Source: Nitrospirota bacterium (GTDB taxonomy: Bacteria; UBA2233). Taken from it: DNA of 64,000 bases. Positions within the stretch are counted from its first letter, which is position 1. Every line of letters starts with the position of its first letter. Below the pieces are notes generated by a model. The model was not told where the DNA came from. It ran no database searches and was given only the letters and a program-made list of their open reading frames with translations. Where the stretch lies: positions 3,037-67,036 of the forward strand of contig WOZJ01000071.1 in the NCBI GenBank assembly GCA_011620345.1. Reading direction: 5' to 3'. Of the stretch, positions 1-8,716 are shown piece by piece. The position numbers were made by a program, and so were the translations under genes.

Positions 1-1
1 C

Positions 2-331
2 GGTCCAAAAGGCCCAGGACACCATCTTAAGCCAGGGGTTGCGTTCGTTGCGCTCGCAGCAAAAGCCTTCGTCGTTCCGATTGGGGTGTATGCCAAATCA
101 AAGGTTGTCCTCCGAAACTCCTGGGACAAGGCCTGGATCCCATTGCCTTTCTCGAGCGTGCTCTTGGTCGTTGCCGACCCTATCGACCCTGAAGCATTCG
201 AGGGGCAAGGGAAAGACGCTCTTGAAGCTCTAAGGCGAGCCATCCAATCGCGGCTCGAGGAGGTAGAATTTAAGGCCAAGGCTTTTTGCCATGATGGGCG
301 AAAGCAAGGCCGGACCTTTCAAGGGGTATAA
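2..331 (+). CDS. DUF374 / lysophospholipid acyltransferase-like protein, 5'-truncated by window edge
   Basis: Frame is open from base 2: GPKGPGHHLKPG...VPIG...SWDKAWIPLPFS, matching the DGPxGP...KxG and SWDxxxxPxPF motifs of this family. Confidence 0.75.
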   Translation, partial: GPKGPGHHLKPGVAFVALAAKAFVVPIGVYAKSKVVLRNSWDKAWIPLPFSSVLLVVADPIDPEAFEGQGKDALEALRRAIQSRLEEVEFKAKAFCHDGRKQGRTFQGV

Positions 332-345
332 TTCAAGGGGTATAA
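318..345. repeat. Perfect tandem duplication (TTCAAGGGGTATAA)x2 spanning the stop codon
   Basis: Copies read directly at 318-331 and 332-345. Confidence 0.9.
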
Positions 346-352
346 AAAGTTA

Positions 353-372
353 GACCCATTCCCTTTTGGGTC
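353..372. terminator. Hairpin between convergent genes, possible terminator
   Basis: GACCCA-TTCCCTTT-TGGGTC inverted repeat; no clear poly-T tail. Confidence 0.3.
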
Positions 373-479
373 GCGCAAGCTACCTCCTGGGTCTTTGGTT
401 TTTGTGGCTCATGCGTCTTGGAATGCTCACTGTATGGCTTTGGAAGGCTTTGAAGCTCCTTAAGTAGGCGGATCGAGCC

Positions 480-842
480 CTAGGGTCTCGGAGGGCAGGT
501 ACCCGGAGCAGCGCTCGTCCCTTCGAGCCGAAACGTGAAGTGCTTGCCAAGCCGGGCTTCGAGCGACATACGGTCTGAGCCGTCGTCGTCGGTTATGTCC
601 ACATAGATCGTCTTACCCTCGTAAAGGTGCTTCCAGCCTCTCTCGACAAAGAGCTCTAGGGGCCCTTCGGCAGGGACGAGCGCGTAGCCTACGCTGAAGG
701 CCTTTTCAAAAAGGCTGATCGTGGTCCCCTCGCAGCAGCCTCCCCCGATGACGAATGCAAGCTCTTGGCCGTAGCTTTTCTTAAGGGCATCGAGCACCTC
801 GCTTGCAGGCCCGCTCATCACAATCCGTGTTGGTTGGACCAT
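480..842 (-). CDS. DUF779 family protein
   Basis: GGGCCEGT motif and C-terminal SLEARLGKHF, resembling the DUF779 GGCCDGS...SLExxxGxRF pattern. Confidence 0.7.
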   Translation of the reverse strand: MVQPTRIVMSGPASEVLDALKKSYGQELAFVIGGGCCEGTTISLFEKAFSVGYALVPAEGPLELFVERGWKHLYEGKTIYVDITDDDGSDRMSLEARLGKHFTFRLEGTSAAPGTCPPRP

Positions 843-853
843 TGGAAATACTC

Positions 854-1549
854 CTATTTTTTTTGCCGTTCGAACAGATCCTCAATTTCGACAAACCCAA
901 ACCCGCCTAGATGGGCAAGGACAAATTCGGCCGCACGGAGGCGGTTTGCGGGGTAGGTGTGCAGTACGCCCAGCGTATTGAGGCCGGCACCCCTTGCCGA
1001 GGAAATGCCCTCGCTGGAATCTTCGATAGCCAGGCACTCTTCGGGCGACAGCCGTTGTTGAAAGGTAAGGGCCTTTGCTTGTTCGTAGGCCTTTTGGTAA
1101 CAGGCCGGGTCGGGCTTGCTTTGCTGGGTATCTTCCGTAGCGACAAGAAATTGGAAATCGCTTTTAATCCCGTAGCGCTCCAGGAATGCTTCTATTTCGG
1201 GCCTCAAGGCGCCAGAGACGACCCCTCTTACGATAGGACGTGGGATGGACTCAAGAAAGCGCAGTGTTTCTTCAAAAGGGCGTACCCTTACGGGGGCAAG
1301 TTCGGCGTAACGATCAGCCTTTTTTGCCACCAGGTCCTCGATCAAAGCGTTGCTTGGGCGATCCGCCCTGTTGCACAGCAATGCCTGGAGAGCGCCCTTG
1401 TCGTCAAACCCTAGAAGCCGGTCTTTGTATTCCTGGAAAGATACTCGGATTCCGTAAGGCTCGAGCGCTTCGTTCAGCAGCTCCCAATGGAGCGGCTCGT
1501 CGTCCACAAGAACGCCGTTGAAATCGAAAAATACAGCCTTAAGAGGCAT
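854..1549 (-). CDS. HAD-superfamily phosphatase (beta-phosphoglucomutase-like)
   Basis: FDFNGVLVD motif I, SKPDP, IEDSxxG. Confidence 0.9.
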   Translation of the reverse strand: MPLKAVFFDFNGVLVDDEPLHWELLNEALEPYGIRVSFQEYKDRLLGFDDKGALQALLCNRADRPSNALIEDLVAKKADRYAELAPVRVRPFEETLRFLESIPRPIVRGVVSGALRPEIEAFLERYGIKSDFQFLVATEDTQQSKPDPACYQKAYEQAKALTFQQRLSPEECLAIEDSSEGISSARGAGLNTLGVLHTYPANRLRAAEFVLAHLGGFGFVEIEDLFERQKK

Positions 1550-2333
1550 GACGGAGGATGCTTAGAAGTTCGCTCAAAAAAGGTTCCTTAGAAACCAAGA
1601 GCGTTGGGTACTCGGTCTTCTCGGTCGAGAACCTTAGGTCTTTGCCATCAACCGAGCGCACCTCGAAGCCTGCTTTGGAGGCAAGGAAGCATCCTGCCAG
1701 AATATCCCAGATGTTCTTGCGCTTTAGCGATACAACGGCCTTGCCGCAGCCAGCCGAAAGAAGGCCTAACTTGTAAGCGATAGAACCGATTTGGGCAAAC
1801 GGAAGCAAGCCTTGCCAGGGTACAAACAAGCCCATGCGCGCCTCGGTTCTGGATATCAGGATTGAGTTTTTATCGTAAGAAGAAAGCTGCTTTTTGTCGC
1901 CCTCGAATCGGACCCCCTCTTCGTCATCGAGCGCATAGAAAAGCTCATCCCTCATGAAGTTGTAGACAACACCGAAACGAACCTCGCAGGCCCGTTCATC
2001 AAACAGGGCCACGGACATGCTGAAATGCGGAGTACCCTCAAGAAATTCACGGGTGCCGTCGATCGGGTCAACTACCCACGTGAGCCCGCTTCTCGAGGGG
2101 ATCCTTCGAGCCGGCCTTTCTTCGGAAATCCAGCCGTCCTCTGGAAAATGCCTCGAAATCACGGCAAACAGGCAATCGTCTACGGCCAGGTCCGTGAGCG
2201 TCAACGGGCTGTTTCCTGGCTTGTAGGAAACCCCCGCGCTCGGGTCTTCAACATTGCACACAAGCTGTCGCAATGCCTGCTTTTCTGCTAAAATGATTGC
2301 GGCTCTAGAGATAATACTGGAATCAGGCGGCAT
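1539..2333 (-). CDS. Inositol monophosphatase family / CysQ-like 3'(2'),5'-bisphosphate nucleotidase
   Basis: ISEE, WVVDPIDGTREF, GSIAYKL, WDILAG motifs. Confidence 0.85.
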   Translation of the reverse strand: MPPDSSIISRAAIILAEKQALRQLVCNVEDPSAGVSYKPGNSPLTLTDLAVDDCLFAVISRHFPEDGWISEERPARRIPSRSGLTWVVDPIDGTREFLEGTPHFSMSVALFDERACEVRFGVVYNFMRDELFYALDDEEGVRFEGDKKQLSSYDKNSILISRTEARMGLFVPWQGLLPFAQIGSIAYKLGLLSAGCGKAVVSLKRKNIWDILAGCFLASKAGFEVRSVDGKDLRFSTEKTEYPTLLVSKEPFLSELLSILRHAS

Positions 2334-2342
2334 GGGGTAGAA

Positions 2343-2376
2343 CCTAATATAAGCCCTAATATAAACAAAATATTGT
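2343..2376. promoter_or_regulatory. AT-rich divergent intergenic region with direct repeat CCTAATATAA x2 (12-bp period) and ACAA-N4-TTGT
   Basis: Copies at 2343-2352 and 2355-2364; small palindrome at 2365-2376. Confidence 0.45.
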
Positions 2377-2475
2377 ACGATCTAACTCTTAGGGTATCAA
2401 AAAAGGCTTCAGCAGAAAAGTTTGCAAAAAACGGAGATAATCTTGAAGGCTGAAAACGACAAGGAGGATGCTGGA

Positions 2476-3903
2476 GTGGGCGCTTTCTTGATGATGAGCC
2501 AGGTTGCGCATCTGATAGGTTACACGGGGGTCGCGAAGCTTGCCGGGTTCAAGGGAAGGGAAGGAATTACCCGCATTTCGGAAAGGCGTCTGCGCAGACT
2601 GGTGCGCTACACCATGCAGCACTCCCCCTTCTACGCAAAGCTCTACAAGGGGATTAATCCTGACACCTTCCGACTTCAAGATCTTCCGCCGATCAACAAG
2701 CAAACGCTCATGGAAAACTTCGACGACATCATAACCGAACCAGGGCTCAAGCTAAGGGACATTGAGACCTGGATTAGTGAAGAAAAACCCTTGGATGTGA
2801 CCTTAAACAACCGCTACAAGGTGTTCAAGACCTCCGGGTCCTCGGGCAAAGCGGCCATCATCGTGTACGACATCAAGGAAATTTGGAAATCGACCGCGTA
2901 CGAGATTGCACGGGGTATGGGAGGAAACATCTTCTTTGATTTGCCCAGAGTATTCTCTCGAGGGTTGATCCGTAGGCCTTTAGGGGTCGCCGTGATTGCC
3001 GTCATCGGGCCACACCATGGGACGGCCTCGGGTATGTTTAGCCTTATCCCCTCTTTTTTCTTGCCCTCAAAGGGCTTTAGCGTTAATTCAAGCGATGAAA
3101 AAATCGTAGAAGAGCTCAATCGCTTTGATCCGTTTACCATCGTCGCCTACCCCACCAAGCTTGAAATGCTTGCCCATGCGCAGCTCGAAGGCAAGCTCGA
3201 TATCCACCCCAAATACATCAAGACCATTTCCGAAGTGCTCACCCCTTCCGCCAAGGCTCTGATTGAAAAGGCCTTCGGAGTAGGAGTGCGCGATACCTAC
3301 GCGGCCTCCGAGGCCGCCGTGATGGCAGGCGAATGCCAGCAATCGAATGGGCTGCACATCCACGAGGATGTCTGCCTTGTCGAGCCCGTGGATAAAGACG
3401 GAAATCCGGTTCAAGAAGGCGAGTTAAGCCATAAGGTGTATGTCACGAACCTCTTGAAGTACACCCAGCCGCTCATTCGTTACGAGCTGGAAGACGTCCT
3501 CTCCGTGACGAACGAGCCCTGCCCTTGCGGCATGCAAACGCCAAGGATCGAGGCGGTGTACGGCAGAAACTTCGACATGCTCTGGGTCAAGATGGCGGAT
3601 GGGAGCTTTCGACACCTCCATCCTCAAGGAGTGGACGCCCACATTACCCTCGTTAAAGGCGTTAAGAACTACCAGGTAATTCAAGAAGACTTCAACCGAC
3701 TGAAGGTCTATATCCTGCTCGATCCCGATGCAAACGAGAAGAAAACGCTGGGCGAGGTGAAGAAAAGCCTTCTGCATACGCTTAAAGAAACCGGGGTGGA
3801 GAGTGCCGTTTTGTTGGATATTATGAGCGTTTCCGATATCCTCAGGGATCCTGTATCGCAGAAGATCCGGCGAATCATATCAAAGGTTCAGCCTGCCTTT
3901 TGA
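2476..3903 (+). CDS. Phenylacetate-CoA ligase (PaaK/CapK/F390)-family adenylate-forming enzyme
   Basis: KTSGSSG, YAASEA, QPLIRYELED, GR motifs; GTG at 2476 follows AAGGAGG (ORF track starts at 2422). Confidence 0.85.
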   Translation: MGAFLMMSQVAHLIGYTGVAKLAGFKGREGITRISERRLRRLVRYTMQHSPFYAKLYKGINPDTFRLQDLPPINKQTLMENFDDIITEPGLKLRDIETWISEEKPLDVTLNNRYKVFKTSGSSGKAAIIVYDIKEIWKSTAYEIARGMGGNIFFDLPRVFSRGLIRRPLGVAVIAVIGPHHGTASGMFSLIPSFFLPSKGFSVNSSDEKIVEELNRFDPFTIVAYPTKLEMLAHAQLEGKLDIHPKYIKTISEVLTPSAKALIEKAFGVGVRDTYAASEAAVMAGECQQSNGLHIHEDVCLVEPVDKDGNPVQEGELSHKVYVTNLLKYTQPLIRYELEDVLSVTNEPCPCGMQTPRIEAVYGRNFDMLWVKMADGSFRHLHPQGVDAHITLVKGVKNYQVIQEDFNRLKVYILLDPDANEKKTLGEVKKSLLHTLKETGVESAVLLDIMSVSDILRDPVSQKIRRIISKVQPAF

Positions 3904-3999
3904 CCCGGATGGATGCTAGCCCTGTTGCACGGATTCTGTCTCGTTTGAGAAGTGCTGGGGGTTGGTATAGTATAAAGATTGGCTGATGGCCGGGGGGGG

Positions 4000-4086
4000 T
4001 GGTGCCGAAGGTCGGATTCGAACCGACACGGAGGCTAATCCACTAGATCCTGAATCTAGCGCGTCTGCCAATTCCGCCACTTCGGC
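4000..4086 (-). tRNA. tRNA-Leu(CAG)
   Basis: Reverse complement GCCGAAGTGGCGGAATTGGCAGACGCG-CTAGA-TTCAGGA-TCTAG...GGTTCGAATCC...CTTCGGCACCA; long variable arm, encoded CCA. Confidence 0.97.
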
Positions 4087-4105
4087 ACACTTTCGTTATC
4101 TTCTT

Positions 4106-4114
4106 ATTGTACCA
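4106..4114 (-). promoter_or_regulatory. Putative extended -10 promoter of tRNA-Leu
   Basis: TGgTACAAT on the minus strand ~20 nt upstream of the mature tRNA. Confidence 0.5.
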
Positions 4115-4137
4115 AGAATTGCGTATGCGTATCTAGA

Positions 4138-7100
4138 GTGGGGTTAGGAATGACGCAACAATTTGGGCTGCACGATGCAGGGTTCGAACGGGCGAGCTGT
4201 GGGGTTGGGTTTGTCGTGAATATTCAGGGCAAACGCTCCCACGCGATCGTCGAAGACGGGCTTAGAGTATTGGATAATCTTATGCACCGTGGAGCGACGG
4301 GCGCCGACCCCAACACGGGGGACGGGGCGGGCATCCTGCTTCAAATCCCGGATGGGTTCTTTAGAGAAGTCCTCGATGCAGAAGGCATCGCATTGCCGTC
4401 CTCCAGGGATTACGCCGTAGGCGTCGTGTTCTTGCCGACCCGCACGTCGTCAAGGTTGCTGATCGAGGGGCTCATAGAGCGAATCGCCGAAGAAGAGGGG
4501 CTAGAGGTCTTGGGCTGGCGGGATGTTCCTACGAACAACAAGGCTATCGGCGAACATGCCTTAGACGTCGAGCCAGTCATCAAGCAAGTGTTCTTAAGGC
4601 GCGGCCAGGCTATCCAACCAGGAATGGCCTTCGAGCGTAAGCTCTACGTGGTTCGTAAGCGGCTCGAGTGTACGGTACGCGAGATGGACGCGGGGGACTT
4701 GAGCCGTTTTCATGTTCCTAGCCTATCCTCACGGACGATCGTTTACAAAGGCCTTCTGCTGGCCCCCCAGATTGCCGAGTACTACCCGGATTTGCGCGAT
4801 GGTAGGCTTGAGAGCGCGCTCGCGCTGGTCCATCAGCGCTACTCCACGAACACCTTCCCTACCTGGGACTTGGCCCAGCCTTTTCGCTTCTTGGCGCACA
4901 ACGGCGAAATCAACACGATCCGTGGCAACCGTAATTGGATGCATGCCAGGGAATCCACGCTCAAAAGCCCACTGTTTGGCAATGACATCCAAAAGCTCCT
5001 GCCGATTGTCACTCCTGGGGGGTCGGACTCGGCGAGCTTCGACAATGTCCTTGAGCTACTGGTTATGGCCGGCAGGCCGCTTGCCCACGCCGTCATGATG
5101 ATGATCCCCGAGGCTTGGGACCAAGACCCAAGGATGGATGACCCAAAGAGGGCCTTTTATGAGTTTCACGCGCCCTTGATGGAACCATGGGATGGGCCGG
5201 CAGCTATCGCGTTTTGCGACGGCGAGCTCATCGGTGCAACGCTCGACCGTAACGGCCTTCGACCGGCCAGGTACCTTGTTACGGCCGACGGGCGCGTTGT
5301 TCTGGCCTCCGAAGCAGGCGTGCTCGACATCTCGCCCGACAATGTCACTCTCAAGGGTCGGCTTGCTCCTGGAAAAATGCTCCTGATTGACACAAGCCAG
5401 GGGCGAATTGTGAACGATGAAGAGCTCAAAGCGGAGATTGCGGGCAAGGCCCCCTACAAGGAGCGGATCAAGAAAAAAATAGTGGACCTTGCCGCGATTG
5501 CCCCTAAGGGGGCTTCCAGACCCGAAGAGGAGTGGGACGAGAGGACGCTCATTTCGCACCAGCTTGTGTTCGGCTATACCTTGGAGGACGAAAAAGTCGT
5601 GATGGGCCCGATGGCTCGGACGGGTACGGAGCCCACGGGCTCGATGGGAAACGACACCGCGCTTAGTATCCTTTCGGGCAAGCCAAAGCTGCTGTTCACC
5701 TATTTCAAACAGTTGTTTGCGCAGGTGACAAACCCTGCGATCGACCCCATACGCGAAGAGGTCGTCATGTCTCTTTTTGGGTACCTGGGACGTGCGGGAA
5801 ACCTGCTCGACCCGGAGGCAAGAACAACTAGGGTCCTTAAGCTCAAAACGCCAATTTTGGCACACCAAGATTTTGAAAAAGTACGCTATTTGGACAGCGA
5901 AGGGCTCGCGGCGACGAGCTTGCCGACCCTGTTCGATGTCTCCCGAGGCGGGCAAGGGCTTCAAGAGGCACTCGAAGAACTCTGCGAAACGGCTAAGAAA
6001 CGCATCCGGGACGGCTACAACATTCTTGTCCTTTCGGATCGAGGAGTCAACGCCTCGCTTGCGCCCATCCCAAGTCTTTTGGCTACGGGCGGGTTGCATC
6101 ACGCCCTGGTCCGAAGCGAGCTAAGAACCCAGGTGGGCATCGTCATCGAAAGCGCAGAGCCGAGAGAAGTTGCCCATTTTGCCCTGCTTGTCGGAAGTGG
6201 GGCAAACGCAGTTTACCCATACCTGGCGTTTGAACTCGTCCGAAGGATGGCCAGGGAGGGCAAGCTCGCCGATGTAGGCCTTACAGAAGAACACTCGGAA
6301 AAAAACTACATCAAGGCCTTAAACAAGGGGCTTTTGAAGGTTTATTCCAAGATGGGCATTTCAACGCATGCGAGCTATTGCGGGGCGCAAATTTTCGAAG
6401 CGGTAGGCATTTCAAAGGCCGTGATCGACCGCTACTTTACGGGCACGCCCTCGAGGGTTGAAGGTGCCGATCTTGACATCATCGCCAAAGAGACGGCCGT
6501 GCGTCATGCCATGGCGTTCCCGGAGACCAAACGAACGCTCGCGAACCTAGACGATGGGGGCGATTATGCCTACAGGCGATCGGGTGAATTCCACATGTGG
6601 AACCCGAAGACCATCACCAAGCTCCAAGAGGCCGTAAGGAACGAAGACCGCGTCGCGTTTCGAGAGTTCCTACAATTGGCTGACTTTGCCCAGGACATCC
6701 AAATGGTAACGCTAAGGAGCGTGATGCGGTTCAAGGACGGCCGAACTCGCCTCCCCCTAGAGGAGGTCGAGCCTGCCGAAAGCATTGTGAGGCGCTTCGT
6801 CACCTCCGCTATGTCGTTTGGCTCGATCAGCAAGGAAGCGCATGAATCGCTCGCCATCGCGATGAATCGCCTTGGCTCGCGCTCGAACTCTGGGGAGGGC
6901 GGCGAGGACCCGGAACGCTACAAAATAAGCTCCAACGGAGAAAACCGCTCGAGCGCCGTCAAGCAGGTTGCCTCTGGGAGGTTTGGGGTTACCCCAGAAT
7001 ACTTGGTCAACGCCAAAGAGCTCCAGATCAAGATTGCCCAGGGGGCAAAGCCAGGAGAAGGCGGCCAGCTGCCCGGCTACAAGGTGAACGAAATCATCGC

Positions 7101-8697
7101 AAAGGTTCGGAATACAGTTCCGGGAATTACGCTCATATCCCCCCCGCCCCACCACGACATCTATTCGATCGAAGATTTAAAACAGCTTATCTACGACCTC
7201 CGCAATATCAACCCCAAGGCAACGATCAGCGTAAAGCTCGTCGCCGAGGCTGGCGTGGGTACGGTTGCGGCCGGGGTAGCCAAGGCCAAGGCAGATTTGA
7301 TCCTCATCAGCGGGTTCGAGGGAGGGACGGGCGCTTCGCCCTGGTCTTCGATCAAACATGCAGGAATTCCCTGGGAGATCGGGCTTGCCGAGACGCACCA
7401 GGTGCTCGTGATGAACGACCTGCGCTCGCGCGTTCGGTTGCAGACAGACGGCCAGCTAAAGACGGCCAAGGATGTGGTCGTGGCCGCGTTGTTGGGTGCC
7501 GAGGAGTTCGGGTTTGCCACGCTTCCTTTGATCACGCTCGGGTGCGTGATGATGCGCAAGTGCCACTTGGATACCTGCCCCGTTGGCGTAGCCACGCAGA
7601 ACGCCAAGCTGCGCGAAAAATTCACGGGAAAACCCGAGTACGTGGTGCGCTACTTTTTGTTCCTTGCCGAGGAGGTGAGGGTGCTCATGGCCGGCCTAGG
7701 GTTTCGGACGATGGACGAGATGGTAGGGCGAACGGATGTCCTTGAACCGGACCCAAGCCTGGCCCTTCATTGGAAGGCCAGCGGGATCGATCTCATGAAC
7801 ATCCTCTACAGGCCAATCGTACCCAAGCGAATCTCTATCCGCAAAACCAAGGCTCAGGATACGGAGCTCGAAACCGCCCTTGATCATAAGCTCATCGCAT
7901 TGGCCAGGCATTCGCTCGAGACGAAGAGCCCCGTTGTAATCGATATGCCCGTACGGAACGTCCATAGAACGGTCGGGACGATGCTGGGCGGCGAGGTTGT
8001 CCGGCGCTTTGGGCCCGAAGGCTTGCCAGAGGACACGATTCAGGTCCGTTTTGTGGGTACAGCTGGACAGAGCTTTGGGGCCTTCCTTCCCAAGGGAATG
8101 ACGCTCTTTTTGGAAGGCGATGCCAACGATTACCTAGGCAAGGGGCTTGGCGGGGGACGGATCGTGCTCTTTCCTCCGAAGCAATCGAGCCTTACGGCTG
8201 GCGAGAACATTATCGCGGGCAATGTGCTGCTGTACGGAGCGAGCGCGGGGGAGGTCTTCATTTCCGGCAAGGTCGGCGAACGGTTCGCGATCCGAAACAG
8301 CGGGGCCAGGGCCGTTGTCGAAGGGGTCGGGGATCACGCGTGTGAATACATGACAGGAGGGACTGTCGTCGTGCTCGGGGAAACCGGAAGGAACTTTGCG
8401 GCCGGGATGACAGGGGGGGTTGCCTACGTTTGGAGTCCGGCAGGCCTCGACAGGAGGCTGTTCAACGCGACAGATGTCGACCTAGAAAGGCTTGCGGTTG
8501 CGGATTGCGAGCTGATCGAGCTGCTCGAAAGGCATCGTCTCCATACGGGAAGCCCTCGTGTGGGCTACATTCTGGATAATCTCGATCAAGAACTGCCGCG
8601 CTTCATCAAGCTCGTGCCGCGTGAGTACGCGAAGGTTCTGGAAGGCAGGAAGAGAAAGGCCGCCGACCCGGAGGCTGTTTCGCTTTTGACGAGCTAA
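4138..8697 (+). CDS. gltB: Glutamate synthase large subunit
   Basis: N-terminal CGVGF, HQRYSTNT, NSGEGGED, QGAKPGEGGQLPG, CxxxRKCHxxxCPVG 3Fe-4S motif; start may be ATG 4150. Confidence 0.98.
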   Translation: MGLGMTQQFGLHDAGFERASCGVGFVVNIQGKRSHAIVEDGLRVLDNLMHRGATGADPNTGDGAGILLQIPDGFFREVLDAEGIALPSSRDYAVGVVFLPTRTSSRLLIEGLIERIAEEEGLEVLGWRDVPTNNKAIGEHALDVEPVIKQVFLRRGQAIQPGMAFERKLYVVRKRLECTVREMDAGDLSRFHVPSLSSRTIVYKGLLLAPQIAEYYPDLRDGRLESALALVHQRYSTNTFPTWDLAQPFRFLAHNGEINTIRGNRNWMHARESTLKSPLFGNDIQKLLPIVTPGGSDSASFDNVLELLVMAGRPLAHAVMMMIPEAWDQDPRMDDPKRAFYEFHAPLMEPWDGPAAIAFCDGELIGATLDRNGLRPARYLVTADGRVVLASEAGVLDISPDNVTLKGRLAPGKMLLIDTSQGRIVNDEELKAEIAGKAPYKERIKKKIVDLAAIAPKGASRPEEEWDERTLISHQLVFGYTLEDEKVVMGPMARTGTEPTGSMGNDTALSILSGKPKLLFTYFKQLFAQVTNPAIDPIREEVVMSLFGYLGRAGNLLDPEARTTRVLKLKTPILAHQDFEKVRYLDSEGLAATSLPTLFDVSRGGQGLQEALEELCETAKKRIRDGYNILVLSDRGVNASLAPIPSLLATGGLHHALVRSELRTQVGIVIESAEPREVAHFALLVGSGANAVYPYLAFELVRRMAREGKLADVGLTEEHSEKNYIKALNKGLLKVYSKMGISTHASYCGAQIFEAVGISKAVIDRYFTGTPSRVEGADLDIIAKETAVRHAMAFPETKRTLANLDDGGDYAYRRSGEFHMWNPKTITKLQEAVRNEDRVAFREFLQLADFAQDIQMVTLRSVMRFKDGRTRLPLEEVEPAESIVRRFVTSAMSFGSISKEAHESLAIAMNRLGSRSNSGEGGEDPERYKISSNGENRSSAVKQVASGRFGVTPEYLVNAKELQIKIAQGAKPGEGGQLPGYKVNEIIAKVRNTVPGITLISPPPHHDIYSIEDLKQLIYDLRNINPKATISVKLVAEAGVGTVAAGVAKAKADLILISGFEGGTGASPWSSIKHAGIPWEIGLAETHQVLVMNDLRSRVRLQTDGQLKTAKDVVVAALLGAEEFGFATLPLITLGCVMMRKCHLDTCPVGVATQNAKLREKFTGKPEYVVRYFLFLAEEVRVLMAGLGFRTMDEMVGRTDVLEPDPSLALHWKASGIDLMNILYRPIVPKRISIRKTKAQDTELETALDHKLIALARHSLETKSPVVIDMPVRNVHRTVGTMLGGEVVRRFGPEGLPEDTIQVRFVGTAGQSFGAFLPKGMTLFLEGDANDYLGKGLGGGRIVLFPPKQSSLTAGENIIAGNVLLYGASAGEVFISGKVGERFAIRNSGARAVVEGVGDHACEYMTGGTVVVLGETGRNFAAGMTGGVAYVWSPAGLDRRLFNATDVDLERLAVADCELIELLERHRLHTGSPRVGYILDNLDQELPRFIKLVPREYAKVLEGRKRKAADPEAVSLLTS

Positions 8698-8716
8698 CAG
8701 GGAGTAAAAATAGTCC

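Noticed and set aside
5056-6102. 348-aa antisense ORF within gltB
   Set aside because: Shadow frame of a conserved GC-rich gene with no motifs; the same applies to 28127-28897, 32508-33311 and 40397-41290
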